Source: Eledone cirrhosa (Eukaryota). Taken from it: a stretch of 64,000 bases of DNA. The notes under the pieces are model-generated. The model was not told where the DNA came from. It did not search any database and saw only the letters and a program-made list of their open reading frames with translations. Below, piece by piece: positions 52,794-64,000 of the stretch; the stretch's first letter is position 1; each line of letters opens with the position of its first letter. The DNA lies in assembly GCA_964016885.1 (NCBI GenBank), contig OZ024749.1, forward strand, positions 20,088,001-20,152,000, in the 5' to 3' direction. The position numbers and the translations under genes were made by a program.

Positions 52794-54900
52794 TTAACTC
52801 TTTAGCATTTAAACTGGTTGTATCCGGCCAGAATTCTTTCACCTCTTTCTGTTCAAACTGGCCACTCATACTGATGTTAAAGTATTATCTCAAAATAAAT
52901 ATCAAAATCTCATAGATTCGATATTATGTGAGGTAAAGCCTTTACTGTGAGAATACAATAGTATATATAGAATAATGTAAATGTTATGTGAGATATTATG
53001 TGAGGTAAAGTCTTTACTGTGAAAATACAATAGTATATATAGAGTAATGTAAATGTTATGTGAGATATTTATGTGAGGTAAAGTCTTTACTGTGAAAATA
53101 CAATAGTATATATAGAGTAATGTAAATGTTATGTGAGATATTATGTGAGATATTTATGTGAGGTAAAGTCTTTACTGTGAAAATACAATAGTATAGAGTA
53201 ATGTAAATGTTATGTGAGATATGAGATATTATATGAGATATTTATGTAAGGTAAAGCCTTTACTTTGAAAATATAATAGAGTAATGTAATTGTTATGTGA
53301 GATATTATGAGAGATATTTATCTGGGGTAAAGTCTTTACTGTGAAAATATAATAGTTTATATAGAGCAATTTAAGTGTTGTGTGAGATATTATGTGAGAT
53401 ATTTATGTGAGGTAAAGCCTTTACTGTGAAAATATAATAGTATATATAGAGTAATGTAATTGTTATGTGAGATATTATGAGAGATATTTATCTGGGGTAA
53501 AGTCGTTACTGTGAAAATACAATAGTATATATGGAGTAATGTAAATGTTATGTGAGATATTATGTGAGATATTTATGTGAGGTAAAGTCTTTACTGTGAA
53601 AATACAATAGTATATATAGAGTAATGTAAATGTTATGTGAGATATTATGTGAGATATTTATGTGAGGTAAAGCCTTTACTGTGAAAATATAGTATATATA
53701 GAGTAATGTAAATGTTATGTGAGATATTATGTGAGATATTTATGTGAGGTAAAGTCTTTACTGTGAAAATATAATAGTATATATAGAGTAATGTAATTGT
53801 TATGTGAGATATTATGTGAGATATTTATGTGAGGTAAAGCCTTTACTGTGAAAATATAGTATATATAGAGTAATGTAAATGTTATGTGAGATATTATGTG
53901 AGATATTTATGTGAGGTAAAGTCTTTACTGTGAAAATATAATAGTATATATAGAGTAATGTAATTGTTATGTGAGATATTATGTGAGATATTTATGTGAG
54001 GTAAAGTCTTTACTGTGAAAATATAATAGTATATATAGAGTAATGTAATTGTTATGTGAGATATTTATGTGAGGTAAAGCCTTTACTGTGAAAATATAGT
54101 ATATATAGAGTAATATAATTGTTATGTGAGATATTATGAGAGATATTATGTGAGATATTTATGTGAGTAAAGCCTTTACTGTGAAAATATAATAGTATAT
54201 ATAGAGTAATGTAATTGTTATGTGAGATATTATGTGAGATATTTATGTGAGGTAAAGTCTTTACTGTGAAAATATAATAGTATATATAGAGTAATGTAAT
54301 TGTTATGTGAGATATTATGTGAGATATTTATGTGAGGTAAAGCCTTTACTGTGAAAATATAGTATATATAGAGTAATGTAAATGTTATGTGAGATATTAT
54401 GTGAGATATTTATGTGAGGTAAAGTCTTTACTGTGAAAATATAATAGTATATATAGAGTAATGTAAATGTTATGTGAGATATTATGTGAGATATTTATGT
54501 GAGGTAAAGTCTTTACTGTGAAAATATAATAGTATATATAGAGTAATGTAATTGTTATGTGAGATATTATGTGAGATATTTATGTGAGGTAAAGTCTTTA
54601 CTGTGAAAATATAATAGTATATATAGAGTAATGTAATTGTTATGTGAGATATTATGTGAGATATTTATGTGAGGTAAAGCCTTTACTGTGAAAATATAGT
54701 ATATATAGAGTAATGTAATTGTTATGTGAGATATTATGAGAGATATTATGTGAGATATTTATGTGAGGTAAAGCCTTTACTGTGAAAATATAGTATATAT
54801 AGAGTAATGTAATTGTTATGTGAGATATTATGTAAAGTAAAGTCTTTATTGTGAAAATGCAATAGTATATATAGAGTAATATAAATACTAAATGGCTAAT
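52794..54900 (+). repeat. About 85-bp AT-rich minisatellite expanded inside a piggyBac-like element
   Basis: Starts TTAA-CTCTTTAGCATTTAAAC; array from 52921 to about 54890; both flanks align with the single-unit copy at 4990-5214. Confidence 0.9.
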
Positions 54901-55294
54901 AATGTTTTCGTGACAGCCTTGTGTGGTTAATAAAGAAATTATTACAATCAACTTACTTGGAGAGGGGGTGGGGTTAACAAAATAAAAGTACCAGTCAAAT
55001 ACTAGGGAGCATAATTGAGTTTCCTCGAACTGCACCCCACCCACCCTAGCACACCTATGCCAAATTGCCGGCTTTCTGCCTAAATAAAGAAATCATTTTT
55101 GTTGTTGTTATTGTTTTTATTGTTGTTATTGTTGTTGTTACTATTGTTGTTATTGTTGTTGTTGCTATAGTTATTGTTGTTATTGTTATCATTATTGTTA
55201 TTATTGTTGTTTATCCAATGTAAACTATGGGAAAGTGGTGGAAAAATATGGTAATATTGCTGATGATGATGATGATGTTTACCATTGTGACTTT

Positions 55295-55334
<40 letters not shown>

Positions 55335-55629
55335 AGTAGTAATAGTGGTAGTAGAAAATAGAAGTAGTAGTGGTAGTAGTAGTGGTAGTAGAAGTAGTAG
55401 TGGTAGTAATAGTGGTAGTAGAAGTAGTAGTAGTAGTAGTAGCATTAGTAGTAGTAGTAGTGGTGGTAGTAATAGTGGTAGTAGTAATAGTAGTAGTAGT
55501 AGTAGTAGTAGTAGTGATAGTCATTTATTCAACCTATCCCATGTTGGTCCTTTACACAACTGGCTTTTCAACACCCACAGACACTTAGTGACATAACTGG
55601 AAGAGGTGTGTATATATATACATACATAC

Positions 55630-55666
<37 letters not shown>

Positions 55667-55804
55667 AGAAGGGGTATTTAATTTGTTGGAAGTCTGACAA
55701 ATATAGATTTTTATAACTGATTCAGAGCACTCAACAGTTTACTGGAGCAAATATTCAATGATATTAAATAAATGGAAACTATATTTATAAAACCATATTT
55801 ATTT

Positions 55805-55862
55805 TATTATATATATTTCAAGGGTACCAAAACACATTGGTACGCTTTCCTCAGATAAAATA
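55805..55862 (-). ncRNA. Minimal hammerhead motif (38.2-kb family)
   Basis: ttttat-CTGAGGA-aagcgtaccaa..ttggtaccctt-GAAA-tatataTA-ataaaa. Confidence 0.6.
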
Positions 55863-55944
55863 CAAAGTTTGTTTTATAAATAGAGACACACCCATGAAAA
55901 TCATACCTTATCGGTTGGATATTCTCTGGATAGTCACTATCCAG

Positions 55945-56335
55945 AGAATATGGCTTAGTGGTTAGAGCATTGCCTTGCAACCGAAAGGTTGTGAGTTCAA
56001 TTCTCAGACCGGGTGATGTGTTGTTTCCTTGAGCAAGACACTTTATTTCACATTGCTCCAGTTTACTCAGCTGTAGAAATGAGATGATAGGGACTGGGGT
56101 CCCTATCATTCCACTGCAAAGTGGTTGTGTAGGTGCCACGTTAAAAAAGTACCCAGCGCTCACTGTAAAGTGGACGTGGAGGTGCCACGGCAAAAAAAGC
56201 ACCCACCACTCACTGTAAATAAGGTTGGTGTTAGGAAGGGCATCCAGCTGTAGAAATCAAACCAGAATCAGTTCCCGTCCAATCCCTTCCAAGCAGGGAA
56301 AAGCGGACGTAAAATGATGATGATGATGATGATAT
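55945..56335 (+). mobile_element. tRNA-headed SINE (family S2) with CORE-like centre and RTE-derived tail, copy 1
   Basis: A box tggcttagtggttagagc, B box gagttcaattc, CORE-like ccttgagcaagacacttt..cagctgtagaaatgag, tail gcagggaaaagcggacgtaaaa(tga)n. Confidence 0.85.
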
Positions 56336-56361
56336 ATATATATACATATATACATCATCAC

Positions 56362-56692
56362 GGAGGCACATGGCTTACTGGTTAGAGCATTGGCCTTGCA
56401 ATCGAAAGGTTGTGAGTTCAATTCTCAGACCGGGTGATGTGTTGTTTCCTTGAGCAAGACACTTTATTTCACATTGCTCCAGTTTACTCAGCTGTAGAAA
56501 TGAGATGATAGGGACTGGGTTCCATGTCATTCCACTGTAAAGTGGACGTGTAGGTGCCACGGCAAAAAAGCACCCATCACTCACTGTAAATGAGGTTGGT
56601 GTTAGGAAGGGCATCCAGCTGTAGAAATCAAGCCAGAATCAGTTGCCGTCCCACCCTTGCAAGCAGGGAAAAGCGGACGTAAAATGATGATA
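56362..56692 (+). mobile_element. S2 SINE, copy 2
   Basis: Same structure as copy 1. Confidence 0.85.
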
Positions 56693-56971
56693 ATATACAT
56701 AAATGTAAGTATGTATGTATGTATTCGTACATACATATATGTATACAGACGTACAGTAGTATGTATATATATACATACATGCACACATATGTATATGCAC
56801 GTATCGGTTTACCGAACATTTATTACAATGCTCGGTTTGTTTGTAAACAAATAAACAGCCCGAATTATGCCGTACTAAACTCACTCGATATGCAAATTGG
56901 GCTGCTCAGCCGTTAATATGCATAAGGAAAGTATATACTTTCAGACGTTCAACCATCTGGCAGGAAGGTAT

Positions 56972-57014
56972 ACGATGCTGACGATAGCTAATAAGCTTGA
57001 AACTAGTACATCGT
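56972..57014 (+). ncRNA. Minimal type I hammerhead motif inside an inverted repeat of about 125 bp (56752-56875 / 57062-57184)
   Basis: acgatg-CTGACGA-t-agct-aata-agct-t-GAAA-ctagTA-catcgt; perfect stem I and palindromic ACTAGT stem III. Confidence 0.82.
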
Positions 57015-57203
57015 TCCTGTGTCAGTGTTGAACAAAAAGGTGACGTGGTTGCCTAGACACTGTACGGCATAATTCGGGCTGTTTGTTTGTTTACAAACAA
57101 ACCGAGCATTGTAATAATGTTCGGTAAACCGATACGTGCATATATATATGTGTGCATCTATGTATATATATACATACTACTGTATGTATATGTATGTACG
57201 TAT

Positions 57204-57530
57204 GGAGGCACATGGCTTCGTGGTTAGAGCATTGGGCTTACAATCAAAAGGTTGTGAGTTCAATTCTCAGATCGGGTGATGTGTTGTTTCCTTGAGCAAG
57301 ACACTTTATTTCACATTGCTCCAGTTTACTCAGCTGTAGAAATGAGATGATAGGGACTGGGGTCCCTATCATTCCACTGCAAAGTGGTCGTGTAGGTGCC
57401 ACGGCAAAAAAGCACCCAGCACTCACTGTAAATGAGGTTGGTGTTAGGAAGGGCATCCAGCTGTAGAAATCAAGCCAGAATCAGTTCCCGTCCCACCTTT
57501 GCAAGCAGGAAAAAGCGGATGTAAAATGAT
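57204..57530 (+). mobile_element. S2 SINE, copy 3
   Basis: Same structure as copy 1. Confidence 0.85.
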
Positions 57531-57627
57531 GTATACATACATACATACTTACATTTAAGTAACTGCCGTACTAAGAGTGAGAAATGAAATTTTGTTTCAT
57601 TCTATTCCATATATACATACATATATA

Positions 57628-58497
57628 CATCATCATCATCATCATCATCGTTTAACGTCCGTGTTCCACGCTTGCATGGGTTTGGACGGGGGTTTTCCCA
57701 CTTGAGGCAAGAGTGATTGTCTTACTCGCATAGGACTGTCTGGCGGGTTTTCTACAGCTGGATGCCCTTCCTAACACCAACCACATTTACAGTGTGGGAC
57801 TGGGAGGTTTTTACGGTGTTGCCTACACGGCCACATTACAGCGTGGACTGTGGGTTTTTTTGTCGTGACCCCTACACGATCTCATTTGTTTCGGCCTGGA
57901 TGTTGTGGCACCAACATAACTTTACATTGAAAGGGGCGGGGTGGTGGGACGGGGTGTATTTTGTTAGAGATGCCTACTGACTGTAGTAGGTTTTACTTTG
58001 TATTTAGGTAAGGCGGGTCTTCTCTATTACTGAGTACCGCCAAAGGTCTCGGTCCAGTGACATTGTCTTGGAGAGGTGTAAGTGTGTGAGGTCGGAATTT
58101 ATCAGCTCGTCCCAGGTTTTTCTGGGTCTGCCTACTCCGTAGCTACCGTCTATCTTTATAGCCCTGCACTTTGTTATACAGCTGTCGTCTTTCATGCGCA
58201 TCACGTGACCATACCAACGTAGCCTTCTCTCGAGTAAACAACATCTGATCCCTCTTATTTCTAATTTTTTCCTTAGTTCGCTTATGCTTTGCCGTTCACG
58301 TATGTTACTATTACACATCCAGCGGAGCATGCAAGCTTCGTTCCTCTCTAGTCTGCGTATATCCTCTGCACACAATGCCCAGGTCTCACTGCCATGCAAC
58401 ATTGCTGTTCATATGCAGGCATCATACAACCTGCCTTTCAGTTTTAGGGAGAACCCTTTAGTGGCTAATAGTGGTATAAGCTCTCTGAACTTTTTCC
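57628..58497 (-). mobile_element. RTE-B 3' fragment
   Basis: ORF 58004-58402, 3' UTR and (CAT)n tail. Confidence 0.93.
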
Positions 58498-58554
58498 ATA
58501 TATATATACATATATGGTGGCTGCCAACTGCATACATATATACATATATACATA

Positions 58555-58760
58555 CATACATACATACATACATGGTGGCTGCCAACTCGTTTTCGAGTAC
58601 GGCCACTACTTTATATCCATGTAGAAGAACCCCTACCGATGCACTGAACGAGTGTGACTTTTTAGTCCAGCCAGCGACTTGAAAACTCTGGTACAAACAC
58701 TACACTTGTGACAATTATTGACACATAGTGCTGGGCCCATGGTACCATGTGACGACAAGT
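58555..58760 (-). mobile_element. 3' end of another RTE-like lineage with a terminal C2H2 finger
   Basis: - strand translates CSVCTRVFKSLAGLKSHTRSVHR*, then a short UTR and an (ATGT)n tail. Confidence 0.65.
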
Positions 58761-59037
58761 GCAGCGAGATCTCCAGATATAAAGCAATGCCTGTGCCGTG
58801 AAGCTTTTATAGTGAACAAAGGCACTGCACAAAGCCAGTCCCACTCTCTTTACCAAGATGATATTTACCAAAAAGAAGAACAAGTCAACATCATTGGATA
58901 CCATCAGGGTTGCAGGTGTTATATCAGAATTTTTCTCCTCCTAGAAGTCTGCCTTGACAAAGGCTAAGGGGTCATCTCTCCCGGTGATTTTGGATGGCAC
59001 ATACATATATACATACATATATATATATATACATACA

Positions 59038-59951
59038 TGCTAGAGTCAGAACTGGATGGAAAAAGTTCAGAGAGCTTATACCACTATTAGCCGCTAAAGG
59101 GTTCTCCCTAAAAGTGAAAGGCAGGTTGTATGATGCCTGCATACGAACAGCAATGTTGCACGGCAGTGAGACCTGGGAATTGTGTGCAGAGGATATACGC
59201 AGACTAGAGAGGAACGAAGCTTGCATGCTCCGCTGGATGTGTAATAGTAATATACGCGAACGGCAAAGCATAAACGAACTAAGGAAAAAATTAGAAATAA
59301 GAGGGATCAGATGTTGTTTACTCGAGAGAAGGCTACGTTGGTATGGTCACATGATGCGCATGAAAGACGACAGCTGTATAACAAAGTGCAGGGCAATAAA
59401 GATAGACGGTAGCCACGGAGTAGGCAGACCCAGAAAAACCTGGGACGAGCTGATAAATTCCGACCTCACACACTTACACCTCTCCAAGACAATGTCACTG
59501 GACCGAGAGCTTTGGCGGTACTCAGTAATAGAGACGACCCGCGTTACCTAAATACAAAGTAAAACCTACTACAGTCAGTAGGCATCTCTAACAAAATACA
59601 CCCCCGTCCCACCACCCCCACCCCATCCACACCGCCCCTTTCAATGTAAAGTTATGTTGGTGCCAGAAAATCCAGGCCGAAACAAATGAGATCGTGTAGG
59701 TGTCACGACAAAAAAAAAAACACACAGTCCACGCTGTAATATGACCGTGTAGGCAACACGGTAAAAACGTCCCAGTCCCACACTGTAAATGTGGTTGGTG
59801 TTAGGAAGGGCATCCAACTGTAGAAAACCCGCCAGACAGTCCTATGCGAGCAAGACAACCACTCTTGCCTCAAGTGGGAAAACTCCCGTCCAAACCCATG
59901 CAAGCATGGAACACGGACGTTAAACGATGATGATGATGATGATGATGATGA

Positions 59952-59953
<2 letters not shown>
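59038..59953 (+). mobile_element. RTE-B 3' fragment
   Basis: ORF ARVRTGWKKFREL...ETTRVT*, 3' UTR and (GAT)n tail. Confidence 0.93.
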
Positions 59954-60014
<61 letters not shown>

Positions 60015-60384
60015 TACATACAGATAGAGAGAAATACATACAATGACACACACATGCAATTGCACATACACACACACACACATATATATATTTAGAGAGA
60101 GATATACATAGACACACACACAGAGATGCAGCTGCACATACACCCACACTCACATATTCATAGCTATAAATATATTTGTAACATTAACTAAAATGAACTT
60201 TCTTTCTCACACACACATACACACATAGACACACACATACACACAGACATAGATGTACATATGCACATACATAGATATACACATACACACGCATATATTA
60301 TACTCCAGAAAACTTGTAGAGTGCTTCGAATCTGTTATAAATAAATAAATTTGTTGAATAACCAACAAATTAAATATCTCTTTG

Positions 60385-60421
<37 letters not shown>

Positions 60422-60902
60422 TTTTTCTATCACCTTACTGCTCTCCTCTTTCTCTCTCCCCCTTCTCTCCCCTTGTACCTCTTGCATTCATTCACCCCCT
60501 CTGCTGGTTACACTCTCTCGGCTGGCCTCTTCTTCACACATTCACTCACTCACTCCCTGCTGCTCCCCTCTCTCATTTCTTCCCGTCTGACCTGTGTGAA
60601 ATCCTTTTCTCGCTCATATTTCACAGGGTTCGGACACGTGTGACATCTTCTCGTCGTTCATTTGGTCGAACTTAAGTTCACATGTATCACTGACTTGTTT
60701 TCTCATTTCCTCTCTTTACGTTGCCTTACTATTTTGTTTGTTTACTTTCCCTCTTTCTCCACCCAATTCACTCTGTCCCAATAACTTATTTTAGTTATTG
60801 CTCGCACTGATGTTGATGTATCTGGTCTTTAATGCGAAGAAATACCGATGATAGTCCGAAGATCACTGATGATGGACAGTCCCGTTTCTTGCTCTATTTT
60901 CA

Positions 60903-60944
<42 letters not shown>

Positions 60945-61162
60945 GGAGGTGAGATTTATTGTAGCACAATAAAGCAATGCAAATGTCATCCTTCCTTCTT
61001 ATACTCCTCCTCCACCATTCTTTACTCTCATCTCTTCCTCTTCCTTACCTCCCACCCCTCACTTTTTCTCAATCTCATACATCAATCTTAATTTATTTTT
61101 CATATGTTGATTTAAAACTTTACTATTCACAAGTGTTTTTTAAGCCTCATATCATGTCTCCC

Positions 61163-61227
61163 TATTTTATCTGATGAGAACGCAGATATCATCCCATGAT
61201 GATATTTGTTTTTGAAATAATAAAATA
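61163..61227 (+). ncRNA. Hammerhead motif with stem III deleted
   Basis: CTGATGA at 61171 and GAAA at 61214; lacks the tgtgca present in the 23.6-kb copy. Confidence 0.5.
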
Positions 61228-61372
61228 CTTGGAACTCTTTTAACCATCTTTTGATCTTATATTATATATATATATATATATATTAAAGAGTTAATTAAAC
61301 AAGATTCAATGACTATATCAAATAGTGAGTTTTACAGTAGATACTATCTCAGGGTATGTCATGTATCATTAT

Positions 61373-61425
61373 ATTTTGTCTGATGAGGACGTACTGTTGT
61401 ACCTCCGAAATATGTATAATAAAAT
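61373..61425 (+). ncRNA. Minimal type I hammerhead motif
   Basis: attttgt-CTGATGA-GGAcGTAC-tgtt-GTACcTCC-GAAA-tatgTA-ta-ataaaat. Confidence 0.7.
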
Positions 61426-61628
61426 GTAATTGATCAAAAGAACATCTATTTTATTAATATTTGTATTTTAATATATATATATATATATATATATGTAGAT
61501 AAATCTACCAAGAGTTTACGGTAGTGTCCAATCCGTATGAAGAACTCAATGTATTCCGGATATCATGGAAAGAAGAGATGTAATGAAAAACCACTTTCGG
61601 TGAAAGATAAACGGTATACAGAGTCAAG

Positions 61629-62152
<524 letters not shown>

Positions 62153-62400
62153 CGATATATATATATAGCAGACTCTATATGGTAGACTCTCTCTCTATAT
62201 ATATATATGTATAGCGAAGCCCCAGCATGGCCCCCAGCCTACCAGCTGGGACATTTAGAAGAGTCTAACTACTATTGTAATAGCCACAAACCGTGTCAAA
62301 TTCATTAGAAAACATTAATTGTACATCAACCGATCTCATTAATTATTCATATATATATATACATACATACATCCATATATATATATACATACATACATCC

Positions 62401-62432
<32 letters not shown>

Positions 62433-62596
62433 TCATACATATGTATATATGTATGTGTATCTATAATTGGTAACTATAATAAATATGTTAATAAAACAAA
62501 CTTTTTGTCTGTTGTAGTAGTGGTGGTGGTAGTAGTATTAGTGGTGGTGGTAGTAGTAGTGTCAATAGTCTTGGTGGTACTGGTGGTGTGCTGGTC

Positions 62597-62627
<31 letters not shown>

Positions 62628-62628
62628 C

Positions 62629-62672
<44 letters not shown>

Positions 62673-62679
62673 CAGTGGC

Positions 62680-62717
<38 letters not shown>

Positions 62718-63221
62718 CAGTAGTCTCGGTGGTAGTGGTGGTGTGGTGGTAGTAGTAGTCATGGTAGTGATAGTATTAGTAATATTAGTAGCATTATTAG
62801 TAATAGTGGTAGTGTATTGATTACTGAATCATACATCATTCAGCAATCAATACACAAGTATATATTTATATAGACAGATGTCCCACGTGATGTTGTGGTG
62901 TCGATGCAGTTCTCTCTATAGCACACAATACATTAAATTCATACCACAATAAAGAATATTGTTAAACTTTATTTCAGTATTGAGTACTGTCAACATCACA
63001 TATGTATGTGTATTTATCATCATCAACGCCCATCTTCCATGCTAGTGGGTTAGATGGTTTTGTTGCACTTGATGCGGGAATGGTCGACAGATCGTATCTC
63101 TGGCAGGTCTTTCTACAGCTGGATGCCCTTCCCAACACCAACCACTTTTAGAGTGTATATATATATATATATCAATGATATTAATAAATGGAAACTATAT
63201 TTATAAAACCATATTTATTCT

Positions 63222-63275
63222 ATTATATATATTTCAAGGGTACCAAAACTTTGGTACGCTCTCATCAGATAAAAT
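63222..63275 (-). ncRNA. Minimal hammerhead motif (38.2-kb family)
   Basis: ttttat-CTGATGA-gagcgtaccaaa/tttggtaccctt-GAAA-tatataTA-ata. Confidence 0.65.
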
Positions 63276-63649
63276 ACAAAGTTTGTTTTATAAATATTGA
63301 CATATCCGGCAAGGAGATCTTAATGGTTCAAGTTTTTCTGGATAGTCGAGTGCTTCGAATCAGTTATAAATATATATATTTGTTGAATTACCAACAAATT
63401 AAATATCCCTTTTGCTTATATATATATATATATATTTCGTTTCTGAATTTGTTTAGCAAGATTCTTTATCTGAAATCGTGTGTTGAAACCGATATTGTTA
63501 TACTTTGGGAGGGTCATGTTGCCAATAAGAAACACACGCACCAGTTGCTTTCACTTCAATTTATTATAATAAATTTATAAATTTAGGAATTTATAAATTT
63601 CTGGTTGGTTGGTTGGTTGGTTCCACAACCAGATAGTTGTTTATATATT

Positions 63650-63692
63650 GTCAAAGTTCTTTCGTCACACATTCTGTGACCTCTTCAGCGAC
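63650..63692 (-). ncRNA. Minimal hammerhead motif
   Basis: gtcg-CTGAAGA-g-gtcac/gtgac-GAAA-gaactt-tgac. Confidence 0.65.
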
Positions 63693-64000
63693 TGGTGATT
63701 CTTTTCTTTGTTTTTGTGCCTCTCCTTTGTTCTGTCCTACGCCATTTTGTTTCTGTGTGTGTGTTGTGTGCTCAGTCTGCGCATGCGCCACATCCGGGTG
63801 TCTGTGTGTGTTTATATTTGTTTATTTATTTGTTTATTTACATGTTACCGGTTGGTTGTTTGTTCTATGTGCGTGTGTGTTTTCATTTTGTCCTTAATTG
63901 TAAGTTGTGATGTTGCTGTTCCACTCATATTTTCTATTTAATTTTGGTTGTAATTCTTTTATGTTTATTGCCTCTGTGATTTGTCTAAACATTGCGTCTT

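Overview
AT-rich, microsatellite-dense eukaryotic DNA. The repeat families suggest a coleoid cephalopod, probably octopus (inference only). The only host gene I can support is a METTL4-like MT-A70 N6-adenine methyltransferase, seen as two spliced + strand exons (31340-31547, 33317-33408), so much of the window is probably intron. The rest is repeats: about ten RTE-clade LINE copies (the longer copies carry a PHD finger inside the RT), two Penelope-like elements (PLEs), tRNA-derived SINEs of two kinds, MITEs and Helitron ends. There are also five large minisatellites, four traceable to a segment of a TE present in the window. The most unusual signal is about 15 minimal hammerhead-ribozyme (HHR) motifs, several arranged as head-to-head inverted pairs. 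The clearest case is a perfect 413-bp palindrome (61629-62041) encoding a long-stem-II hammerhead on each strand. All calls were made by eye; family names are from memory and no database search was run.
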